Positions 51,491-62,876 of a stretch of 64,000 bases of DNA are shown here, piece after piece. The translations under genes were made by a program, and so were the position numbers. Position 1 is the first letter of the stretch; every line of letters starts with the position of its first letter. The notes beneath the pieces are model-generated. The model did not search any database and had not been told where the DNA came from. It saw only the letters and a program-made list of their open reading frames with translations. The stretch comes from Halocafeteria seosinensis. Lineage: Eukaryota. Where the stretch lies: assembly GCA_001687465.1 (NCBI GenBank), contig LVLI01000336.1:1-64000 (forward strand), given 5' to 3'.

Positions 51491-51497
51491 TTTTTTT
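51491..51497 (+). terminator. RNA polymerase III terminator (T7) of the 5S gene
   Basis: Run of 7 T immediately after the 5S 3' end, followed by further T-runs. Confidence 0.85.
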
Positions 51498-52111
51498 GTT
51501 TTCTATTTTTGAACTATAAGTTGTCACACGGTCCATAGATTTATATGGATCATCATATGCCTCAATGCCGACAAGGTCCTGAATGTGCCACTTACCCTGG
51601 TGTCAGTTGCCATATTGCCCCATCAAGCAAGATCGGTCGTTTGTTTGGCTACTCGTGGCAGACCTTATCCAATGCCTGAACGTCTACCAATTGTGCATGG
51701 TATCTCTCAATTTACGGTATATAGCAACAAAAGCCTTTTGTAAAAGAGCGTACGATGACAACTCGACTACAATTCCATGTGCCGTATGCGCTTTCCAGGC
51801 GATCAATGCAATGAACAACACAGTATATGTCTTTTAGTCCCTGCGGTTTAGATGAATGAATATTATTCTATGTTCCTACCAATAGTGGGTGGATTCCTAG
51901 CATGGTCGGACTCGGTCGAGTTCGCAAGAAGGCGGTCGCACTCCCCGCGTCGCAACAGTTTCATTCCAGGCTTTATTACATACACCACGCATTCGAGTTG
52001 GCTGATCAATGCTACATGCCGGTGGGATGAGCATCTACCTATAAGCGACACCCGTGCGTGTGTGTAGTGGTGTGAATAGCTACCAATCCTCTTTTGGGGG
52101 GCGTTAGAATC

Positions 52112-54369
52112 ATGGATGGACGCCTGGGGAAAGCTTCCTCTGGGCGTAATGGAGGCATAAAGGCAAAATCTCGAAAGGATGGTTCTTCCTTGTCGGGGAT
52201 GAAGAGCCGCACAATTCTCGTTGGAGTGATCATGTGTTTTGCATCCATGATGCTCTGTATGGTGGCGTTGAGCGACATGACGATGTTTTCGACAGATGAC
52301 AGCACTGTTTCGGGGGGACTTCGCAATGCAGATACTACTGCTAGTACAACTAATCGCATTCATGCAATTACATCCTACTTTAGGCAAGCCGGCGGGAGCG
52401 CCACGGCGGATGAACGAGAAATAGAGCAGAGTGGAAGTGATGGTTCCGCTACAGACACCGGGGAGGGTGGCTCAGATGAACATAAATCGCCATCGGTGGA
52501 GCAGCTAGACGACATTACTGGCCCGAAGACCAAGGAGGACCAAAAAGGTAAGAAGGAGCCTCCGGCTGAGAAGAAGGAAGAAGAGACGCGGGATGACAAG
52601 GGAATGCCCCTAGAAACTGCCGGCAACTCTCAAGAGGAGACAGACAAGACCGAGCAGGAAACTGGGGTGAAAGATAATAACAAGGGTGAGAAGGACCAAG
52701 ATTCAGTAAAAGCGAGTGAACAACAATCGGGGACAGATAATGACGGTGAGAAAGACCAGGAATCAGCAAAAACGAGTGAACGAACTGGGGCTGCCCAATC
52801 GGGTGAAGACAACAAGAGTGATAAGGAACAGGGTTCAACAAAACCGAGTGAACAAACGATAGAAAGTTCTGCATCCCTCGAATGGAGAAGTGGCCCTGTT
52901 AGGTGGATGCCATTCCCTTCGTCGAAGCTGAGTGCCGCCGAATACAAGGAGCTCATGAGACCGTCTAAGCGTTTAGCGGATGAGGCTCATATCGAGTATC
53001 ATAAGCTAGAAGCGCTGCACGAGTTGGCACAAGATGCAGATAAGTACCGTGCAAAATTACCTCCGAACGCCATATCGGAGAAGATGACCCTCCCCGAAGA
53101 TGTTCCGGTATCGTTCCACGTGAAAAGACATCATAATTTCTTGTGGGGTCGAAAGCAGTTTCGGCATAACCTAACCGAATGGGAGACGAAAACTTGTAAG
53201 GCGGAACGCGAGTACCATGTGCAGAAGGTCGAAGGGCTGAGCGATCGCTCTACGTTTGCAAGCTCCTCTGCCGAACTTGTGCAGCGATCATTTCAATTAT
53301 TGAATACTACGTACGAGGATGAGCTTGAAGAAGACATCTTTTCGCAGAAAGGACGAGTACTCGAATATCCCTTTTGTGACCTTCGCAAATGCCCCCAAGA
53401 ACGGTACCCTTTCATGTATTTTATTATACCTCACCGAAATCGAGTAACAAATCTGCTACGGTTGCTTTCCTCTGTGCGGAATGCTACGGCACGGTGTGAT
53501 GAGACCCCTCCCTGGTATCACTGCTTGTGTATGTACGTGAGTGATTACGACACCTTTTCAAAGACTCCCTTATCGGCAGATTTAGAGCATGTCTGGAGAG
53601 ACCGGGTGCGATTGATTTCGAGAGCTCCTGCCACCGCTCCCTGGATAAAAGCAAAGGTACATGTTGCTCAAATGGCGGTTGGATCTGGATGAATAAATGT
53701 ATGATTTAGTTTCCTGGATGTGTGTACGCAGACATATAACTCAGCACTACGATATATCCCAACGCCATCGACGAGGAGTCTCGTATTCCATATAGATGCG
53801 GACTTGGTCGCTATGAACACCACGTTTATAGATAACGGATTGGCGGCTACAATAGCAGGTACGCTGTGCTACTTTACCCGGTTCTGATCAACTAATTCGA
53901 CATGAACGTGCTGCAGGCAAGAGAGTGTCGTTTCCGATTGTTATGGGCACTCGGAGTCCTATCAAGAATGTGGACGAGCTCTTTGAGCACCATTTCAACG
54001 GTACTATATTTGATTCAAAGGTCAGCTGGATCCGTAAATGGGGAGTCGGTATGACATGGTTCTACCTCTACGATGACAATATTGGCTTCTTGTAAGTTCC
54101 CCTGCCGCATATCTTTCCCTTGAAATTCGTATTAGCGGCAATTTCTTCATGTATCCAGTGGTCCTTCTGTCAACAAGACAACTTGGGGTGGGGAAGACAA
54201 CCTCTTCTTTAGACAGTTTATAATACTGAGTAGAAAGAAGGAAACTCAAAGTCCAAGCAGATACACCGATAGGTCGCTTTGGCATATTTGGCATCCCCAG
54301 GTGATGAACTGGAAAAAGAGCAGAGATGGTTTGACGGTTAACAAAGCGAAACACCCTAGTGTAAGATAA
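52112..54369 (+). CDS. Type II membrane GT-A glycosyltransferase, GT7-like (chondroitin GalNAc-T / B4GALNT3-4-like), multi-exon
   Basis: N-terminal signal anchor (ILVGVIMCFASMMLCMVAL), acidic stem and FIIPHRNR. Later exons absent from the ORF track give FHIDADL (DxD), TWGGEDNLFF and LWHIWHP, ending HPSVR* at 54369. Confidence 0.85.
52685..52855 (+). repeat. Three imperfect 60-72 bp tandem repeats in the glycosyltransferase stem
   Basis: GEKDQDSVKASEQ, GEKDQESAKTSER and SDKEQGSTKPSEQ start at 52685, 52745 and 52817, with visible DNA similarity. Confidence 0.7.
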
Positions 54370-55049
54370 ATTAGTTTAATAATAGCAACATTTAACCGGG
54401 TCGTAAGGTCCCGTTTGGTATCATCGCCATAAGATCGATTCGCAATTTACTTAGAGTAACCCCCAATGCTCCTCCACAGTGATTCATGAGCTCCAATGTA
54501 ATTGACGTATTGGCTCTCCAGGACTTTAAATTGGCGCCACATACAATGAGATACTCCGATTTTAGACAGGGATGAAATAGCTGGTCGTTTGCTATAACGT
54601 TGGCGAGGATAGAACCCAGTAATCTGACATCAAACATTAGATGGAACTCAGGGCAGATAACCGAAAAATGACGACGAGTGCCATCATTTCTAAGCGAAAA
54701 CTGGCTCAGTTCTTGTGTGCCCAACAAGTGGCCGACCAATTCAATCAACTGACACAGTGTGTAACTACTTTGACTGGTACTGATCTAAGGACGAACCTCG
54801 TAAGCAATCAAGGCGTCATCACCAGCTATGTCGGGTAAAGCAGTAGTAGTAATGTATATTTTGTCCTACCAGCGAAGTGGAACTACGGTAAACGCTATAC
54901 AAGGTTTGGGGAAGACATTGCTTTAACATTCCTTCTGTCCGCACGAAGGGTGTTCCGTCTCCGGTGAGTAACGGACTCAGTCTTAGCTAGGGTGCTATCT
55001 ATAATGATGAGTTCTTTGGTCAAAGCGAATTGCAGACCGCATAACAAAC

Positions 55050-56389
55050 TCATCTCCGAAAGCTACGCTTGCGTGCTGGTGAGGCCTTGTCTGAAGAAGC
55101 AACTTCCTTCGGAGCAGTGTGACCTTCACGGAGGATATACCCGCTATCATCCGCAGTCAGGGAGTCACTTGGCTCCCGAAGAGCATACAACATGCAAACT
55201 TCAGAAGAGATCTCCGAGCCGGTTTTGTCTTTACCGTCCTCGCGTTCAGTTGCGCGCCAATACACGTGGAAGCCCTTCTTCCTGAGAAAATCACGAATCT
55301 GATATACCCTTTCAAAGCTCTCCACTTCCAGTGCAACCTGTTCATCATACAGTGCACGTGCAAACGACAAAACCATATAGCGCGAACACTTAAGCTATGC
55401 ACACTTACCTGCTGGACAATGGGCCATTGATCATCATTAATTCCTTCGAGAACAGAGAATTCAGCTCCTTCGACATCGACCTGTGACACAATTGCACATA
55501 TCAACGAGGTTGTTGTTCCATAAACCAGCTATATCGCCCCTATAGATTTTCATACTTTTAGGAGATCGATCGTTTCTATTTTTTCCTCCTTGATAACATC
55601 ACCAAGTCTTCGTAGATGGCAGGGTACCTTTTCTTTGCGTGTTGCCCACCTCATCACCAGTTTCAACAAACATACATAAATAAAACGAGGGATGAATCGC
55701 AGCGCCGCCTGACTTCCTGTCAACACTGTAGCCATGTCTTGAGTCACTCTTTCCACTCTAGCATCAGCTAATTCATGACTGCTGGTTGACCAAATCGATG
55801 CATTCGGGTGGTGCTCGAAAACTACATCTGTCTCCTTGTCATTAAGACCGAATGGGAATCTGCATCTCCATAAACGCGTCGTGAATCAAGAAACTCGCCT
55901 GCACTCATGGGGCTGTACTTACGGTCTGATACGCCCATTGCCATACGCTTGCGCATTTTTCTCCAGTACTTCAAACGTGCTGGGAATTGGCTCGAACGCA
56001 TACACATCCGCTTCCCCTTCACATTCCCGATACACCCACATGGAGAACATACCAATGTTGGCGCCTGCGTCGATGACTGTGGAGCCTCGTCCCAACTTGA
56101 TTCCTCCGTCCCGGTAACTTGCCTTGTCAAAAATCTCTTCATAGAGCACATTTGTCTCAAAACCGGACCATGCGTAGATGAACATGCCGTTGGGGAGTTT
56201 ATGCGCCTTCTTTAAGTGTTTCTTCTCATCTTTCTTCGAGCCTATAAGGAGGTACAGCACCAATAGAGTGCTCAAAATGATCCCTGCCCAGAATAAAGGC
56301 CCATGCCCTTCTGAAGAAGAGCAACAACTAGCTGTAGCAGAGGTCTCGCCGACGGCCGTGGCGCCCGGAAATGACATTATCCACTGCAT
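55050..56389 (-). CDS. FkbM-family SAM-dependent (O-)methyltransferase with N-terminal membrane anchor, multi-exon
   Basis: LYEEIF, VIDAGANIGMFS, VYAFEPIP, spliced IDLLK-VDVEGAEFSVLEGINDDQWPIVQQ-VALEVE, and TM segment FWAGIILSTLLVLYLLIG. Confidence 0.88.
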
Positions 56390-56757
56390 ATTGACCTACC
56401 CGGGGCAAGGAGGGTAGGAAAACAACAATGCCCTGGTTAGTTAATACGCACTTATAGAAGGTCAAGAACCAACCCCGAAATGAGAGAGCAAAGTTAATTT
56501 TCTTGGTGCGGAATTTGCTGGAAGTTCGAATTTACGGTTTAAATCTCGATTACGCAAAACGATATTCATGCAAAGTGTGGTATGAGTTCAGATTAATGAG
56601 ATTCGACGGTTGTCTCCGCACCCACGACACGTTGAGTCACCAAGTGGAGAGCAAAGCGTGCTTCCCAATGTTTGTTATTATTAACTTGGGCTTGACGGGG
56701 AAGAGTTTTGGCTCGCTGTATACTCTCCTCATTGGCTACTACATCTGATAACAGAGT

Positions 56758-57579
56758 CTACCTTATAAATAACCAGTACACTAGTAAGAATGCGCCTACA
56801 ACAAACATGACGAGAATGCACATATGGCTCTGAGCTCCACTATTGAGCAAGCCATCCAAACTCCTCATGGTGGAGCCCAACATTCCCTCTGTTTGACCCA
56901 TATTATCCGACTGCGAAATTAAACACATGACAAGCAGCATACTTATCCTTAGACACATCGGAGACTTGTGTAATTAGCATACCATGCCGTCTAATAACCT
57001 ATTATGTTCTGCAACTTCGGATGAAACTTGCGTAGTAACCTGCATGTACACCCACCCATTCACGACCGTGCAATTCTTCCAAAGATACGCACGCATAGGT
57101 ACTCTTACGTTCTTGAGTTGCGTCACTTTGTTCTCTAAATCCGAGAGCATTCTATTATTATCCTCTTCGAAGATTCTGTTGGTTTCCTCATTACTACGCA
57201 CAGAGGCGCTGTTGGAGGAGCTATCGTGGCCACTCTGTCCCTGCACCACCAACGACTCCATAATACCACACACGGAGTATTCCATTTCTCGTGCACACAA
57301 ACCGAGCCTTACCCATCCTGAGGATCCATTGGAGTTGGTGTTATTGGTGCCAAATAAGGCCCTTCGTTCCTTGGAGCGATTACTCATTTTCTGCGCCGTC
57401 GAAGGGTTAGAGGGCGGTGCACGAGCAGTCTGTTGTCCTCTCGCTCCGAATCCGTATATTCGAGGAGGTCCAGACGCTTTGTTATCCCCTGGTAAGGGAG
57501 CTCCTCGTCCTGTAGTTTGCTCAGAGGCTGTGTTATTCACTGAATGAGTTTCTCCCGCGTTGGAGGTCCTATAGCGCAT
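56758..57579 (-). CDS. BET1: Bet1-like Qc-SNARE, multi-exon (start at 57579 or 57387)
   Basis: RRALFG, EEDNNRMLSDLENKVTQLKN-VTTQVSSEVAEHNRLLDGM-SDNMGQTEGMLGSTM, and C-terminal TM MCILVMFVVGAFLLVYWL. Confidence 0.82.
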
Positions 57580-57680
57580 GACAACCCCACAATTACATTA
57601 AGAGGAAATGGATTATCGTCTGACTGATGATATTTATTTATCTACACCACACAAACATGCTCTTGACAATACAAATAAGC

Positions 57681-57711
57681 TGACCCCGTACTTCATTGAC
57701 CCCGTGCTTCA
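57681..57711. repeat. 15-bp direct tandem duplication
   Basis: TGACCCCGTACTTCA-T-TGACCCCGTGCTTCA (one mismatch). Confidence 0.75.
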
Positions 57712-58703
57712 AGTGTGTAGAGGTTGGTTCATGCAGCATGAATCATGCTGCAGTCTACAGCAGCTACGCTAGACGCTCTTGGAGCCTATACAGAGGAGCA
57801 CCAAGAGATTTCAATTTATCCATACGACAATATACATGATTCTCCGTATCCACGCGGTGTATTCATCTTTCATGCATCCAACCATGGACGACTGACTGAT
57901 TCAATGGAACTCTACCAACACGACAGTCTAAGAATGGAGAACCCTTGTCATTGCATCGTATCCCCAAGAGCGATTGTCCTAATCCATACAGCAGCAGTAG
58001 CACCATCTTAAAGAGCGCTATGCCGTCATCTTGGAAGACAAGCAGAGAAAGGGCTTGATGATGCCACTGTCCTCAGAGGTATTCTCCCTCGCTGTCGATG
58101 CCGAATATTTCACTAATTGCTTTGGCGTATGCATATCTATCATCCACCATCGTCCTCTTCATCGCTTCCTAAACATAGTGCCGTCTGATCCTCCGAATGT
58201 GTTGTAAATGAGCTGGATTGGAACTTCCCGAGGGCTCCTCCGTACGTGGTCCAGCTACTGGACAGTCCTACAACAGCCGGCCTCCTTGCTCTGGCACCAT
58301 TGACAGACTGTATTTGCCTCCGTGTAGATCTGAATCGAATGAAAAACTACGGTATCAGATGCCTAGGGAGTTTCCGACGACCATGTAAACCTACCGCCCA
58401 AGAAGTCCCACCAGTCGATGTCCCCTACAAGTCCACATCCTCCCCAGAGTTACAAGTACATCCACGGGCTTTGTTGATTTTCTACCTACTAGTGTACGTA
58501 AAGGAGAAGTTAATTAAAGTGAACCTTGTTTCCATTTTGTGACACATAAGATACTGTCAACAACCCAACGATTTGATACCAAACTACGGTCAGCAGCACC
58601 TTGTTGGTGGCCAAGTTGATGGCCCAACGAACTCTTCCTACCCAGGGTTGTCTTTCCCTTCGATTGTGTCTTGAACATCAAGATAGAATTCATATCATAT
58701 CAA

Positions 58704-60331
58704 TTACTTGTTGTCCTCCTCTTTCTTCTCTTCCTTGGCCTTTGCTTTGGCTTCGATACCTTGCAAGTTCTTGGATGCCTTCTTGGCCCACTTATTGGCG
58801 AGCCAATCCTCTTTACCTGCTTTCTCAATGGAGAGCTTAAGTCTCCATCGGAAAAGAATATCATCCGTGACATGGCTATGCTCAGGGCGAACCATTCGTT
58901 CCAATGCTTCGGCAGCATAGCGTTTCGACCAGATGTTATCAGTGTCTTGCATAATCTTCAGTGTCTTCTTCGGAACTTCGTACTCTTCAAACGCTTTTGA
59001 GGGTCCATCGCCTGACTTTTTACATCGTTTAGTTATACCTTTTATTCCGAGAAGAGCAAACTTCTGTGCTTCTGGGTTATCTTCCATCTCCGCAAGTTTT
59101 AGCAACGCCGGTACAACTTCGTATTTCACCAATTCCTCAGAATCAAATGAGTGGTGGCTGATACTGCAGCAAAGGAACTTAGCTGCACTTTCATATGCTG
59201 GAAAGACCAAAGGCTGTTTCGCTTCACTATCCTTGTGAATGAACGATAGAATAAAACGTGGACCGCCAACTCCGTGTAAGACAGCAACGACAACAGGGTA
59301 AACCAGGCTTCCGACGTCACCGTGTTCGGCAAGATCCACGCCTTTCTCCCGGTAATGCCAGGCCAGTTGTGCCAGTATACCCAATACAGGCTGAATTATT
59401 GACGGCTCATTAGACATAAGGTTCCGGATAACTGTGCCACTGACTGATTTGTCTTCCATGCCTGAGTCATCGCACCCGGCACAAGATGAAACGAATAATG
59501 AACTCATTTGAACATTATTGTCCATACCTTGCGCTTCTGTTTGAGCAATATTACTTAGCGCCTGAAACGCTAAAGACTTTGCTTCTATAGAGCTGTGTTT
59601 ATTGGCTATAGAAACCAACGTGGGAATGATTTGGGATTGTGCCTCGACAGAATGCTTGATCCTGTATGATAGTCAAAATACAGTATTATGGGCATGCCAT
59701 CATCATCGTTATATACCATGGGTGTAACAACTTACTTGTCCCTTATCTCTTTTTGAGTAAAATGTGTCAGAGCAACCACAGCTTCCAGAGCACATCTGCA
59801 GATATTACCAAACCAAGAGCCGGAAATATTGATTTCTCAGTGCATATCGTCCAGGCACGGTGGGGTTTTTTTTTCCAGCAAGTCGAACGTACGTCTCAAT
59901 ATCTGCTTCTTCACCTTGGGAAGCGACAGTTGTCAACGCGTATAAGAAACCTTTATCCAAGAGCGCCGGTTTCAGGTCCGATTCTCGTGCTGAGGCGAGT
60001 ACCTGTAAGCGAACAAGCAAGCCAGCCAATCTCCCATATCAATCCACGCCATCTATAGGCGAAATCGTCTCCTAGAGGGACGTACCTCCCATAAATAGCG
60101 TCTATCTCGTGCAGCATTGAAGTCTTTCAGTCTCTGCAGAGCTTCCATCTGTTGTCTGCAGGTGCCAAACACGCTTCCAGTGGCACAGGCACGCGTAAAC
60201 TACAAGTTCAGAATCACGTACTGTTCATTTCGAAGGGGACTGGACATATTTGGACCCTGGGAAGCCTCATTATCCTCCTCTTCAGCTGCTGAAGCCACGC
60301 CCGTGGCGGTCAGGCCCAAGGCCATGACCAT
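58704..60331 (-). CDS. Armadillo/HEAT-like repeat protein, multi-exon; start approximate
   Basis: Helical ARM-like segments (IIPTLVSIA...AFQALSNIA, VVPALLKLA...AQKFALLGIKGI) in ORFs separated by GT-AG introns. Confidence 0.65.
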
Positions 60332-60710
60332 TATTTGTCCATAATGATTCAATGTTTCAGGTTTGTTGTCTTTATATGATGAGTTGTACCTAGCACAGCT
60401 CACAAGGGGGCTGGATAGGGGTAATAAGGCTCTGTTATGGCGTATAAAAGGCCCTCGTAGGGAGGAGATACTTCTCCTCCAAGAGACTTTTACGGACATT
60501 ATATGCCCTCCCTACGCTCTTTTCAAGCCTCTATACACAACATACATACACTACAGGGTAGCCGTGCATGTACCAAGTGAAAATGGAGTACTATTCACTA
60601 TCTAATCCACCGTGTACGTCTCATCTAGAGGGAGGAGAGACCGATGATTAAGACATTGACATACGGTATACGCGATAATATTCACTCATTACATCCGATG
60701 GCGCTTGTGG

Positions 60711-60731
60711 GGTTCATTCAGTGAATGAACC
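60711..60731. repeat. Perfect 10-bp inverted repeat with 1-nt spacer
   Basis: GGTTCATTCA-G-TGAATGAACC. Confidence 0.8.
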
Positions 60732-61130
60732 ACCGAGTCGCGGAATGGAATATTAAATGTGCGTATGACACATGATCTCTGAGGTCTCGTCTCATTTGAA
60801 CCATTGTAAGAACTCACTCGGTCTGGTCTTATGTGACAACTTTCGGACAAACTGTCTTCAGATGTCACACTAGTGCTTCCATGTACCCACTAGTATTGCC
60901 AGATTCCCCAAACAGTTCGTATTGAGATTGCCAGAGCACAATCAGTTAGTTATTCAGTGGGAACTTAAGTTTCTGAAGTTCTAAGTCAAAAGCAGCACTT
61001 TCTACTTAACTTGATGTGTATTCTGTAACATTGCTTCACCACTGAGGCTTGACGACACGACATCGTCAATAATATGTATAACTTGAATAACTAGGGTATC
61101 CGAGGGATTGCAGACACCCGCTATGAAAAT

Positions 61131-62876
61131 CTAACTAAAACTTCTGCTGTACAAATCTGTTTTCTGCAAAAGCTTATAGATCGAATCAACGTATTGATCA
61201 CATGGACGGCACTGTTTCTGTGTTTTCTGGGACACTAATTCCGCCCTGCATACAAGTTTAAAAATACGGGCAACTTTAGTAAGAGTACAAACAGAAGTAC
61301 GGGTCCTGCGCGAACTTACTGGGGGCGCTTCTGAGGGGCAGTAGTGATCCGAAAATCTCCCAGCCTTCATTTTACTATTGAGTTGAGTACCAGGAAGGCC
61401 GGACCCACATTCGTCATTATCAGCTGTGTCGAAGATACCACCCACCCTGGATAAAGATTGACGATTCACTGATGGTTCACTTAGTGACGAGAAGCCCAAC
61501 GACGAGGAAGAGAGGTATTCCGCTGACGCAGGGAACGCCCGTGAAATACCGGGTGGGTATTTCCGTTCAGCATCTTCATCAATAATGATCTCTCCGTCTT
61601 TATATCGAAGAGAAGACATCGGGAAAGCTTCCGTAATCCAAGGATGATGAAGAACATCTAACATCGTGTATCTTTGCGAGGGATCTTTCACGATGAGACG
61701 GGAAATCAGATCCTTCGCTAGATCTGAGATGCCTTTCCAGACTTGTGAGTTGAAACTATAATTCGCTTCTTTGGCTCTTTTCTTAATTTCTAGAGCTGGC
61801 GACCTTCCAGAGGGATCAAACGGGTGATATCCAGATAGCAGAAGAAATATTAATACACCAAGGCTCCAACAGTCGAACGATGTGTCATACCCCGGTCTAT
61901 TCGGGTCATTCATTTCTGGAGCAGCATAAGCCCACGTTCCGCAAATTTTTTGCAGCTTGTGGTTTTTCCCTAAGATTTGACTCAAGCCGAAATCCGCTAT
62001 TTTAACGTCAGCAATGTACTTGTTCTCTGGAAACGGTAAAAATGTATAAATCAATCATGCTGTTCTGATGACGACACTGTGCACATAGGAAGACGAACCT
62101 GTGAGAAGTAAATTTTCTGGTTTTAGATCGCGATGAACGATGCCTCTACTGTGTAAATATGCAAGTCCTGAGGCAACTTGCTGAAAGATTGCACGAGCGT
62201 GGGCTTCAGGGAATCTTGTGCGGTTGACAAGCTGGCAGAAAATTTCCCCTCCACGCATACTGCGTTTAAAGAGCAAATGATAGTTTCTTCACAATAAAAT
62301 GACATACTTCTAGTGTCGTTACTTACAGTTCTAACACGAACGATACACTCTTCGAAGTCTTATAAGTCCCAAAGTAACTGACGACATGGGGATGAGATTT
62401 AATGTGCTCCATCACATTATTTTCCCGATTAATCGAAGTCGCCTTAGCTTTAAACCTGGGAACATCCATTAACACATGATAGAAAAGGGGAAAGAGAAAC
62501 GTTGCATACAAGACAAGAAGCACTTACCTCGAAATGTCCTTGACAGCAACTTCTTTACCCGTCCGTTTCTCACGACCCATATATACGGTGGCGAATGAGC
62601 CACTGCAGTCCAGAACAAGGTTGCAAACTAAACATTGGCTCCCAGACCCAAATCCTCGAACTTACTCTCCTAGATGGCAGAGGATGTCATAATCCCTCTC
62701 GACGCCCTTCTTTGTGCACTGTATGAACAAGTCCGCAACGCAGCTGATGTTCAACCAGGAGTGGCGCCGTGTTATTGCATCCTACTTACAGGGATATGCT
62801 GGACAGGTTCTTCGTCCGTATAATGCGAAACACGATTGACGTCATTTCCGATTAGAGTGGAGGCCTTGCAACCCAT
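61131..62876 (-). CDS. CAMK-group Ser/Thr protein kinase (CaMKI-like) with N-terminal MGCKAS acylation motif, multi-exon
   Basis: Spliced [44 protein letters not shown] and DCWSLGV. The first exon starts MGCKAS at 62876. The 3' end is uncertain. Confidence 0.88.

Noticed and set aside
51588..51720. ACTTACCCTGG resembling the U1 snRNA 5' end downstream of 5S
   Set aside because: No U1 stem-loop I/II loop sequences or convincing Sm site at the expected spacing.
54392..54748. 118-aa minus-strand ORF between the glycosyltransferase and FkbM
   Set aside because: Non-ATG start, no motif and no supporting splice structure found.
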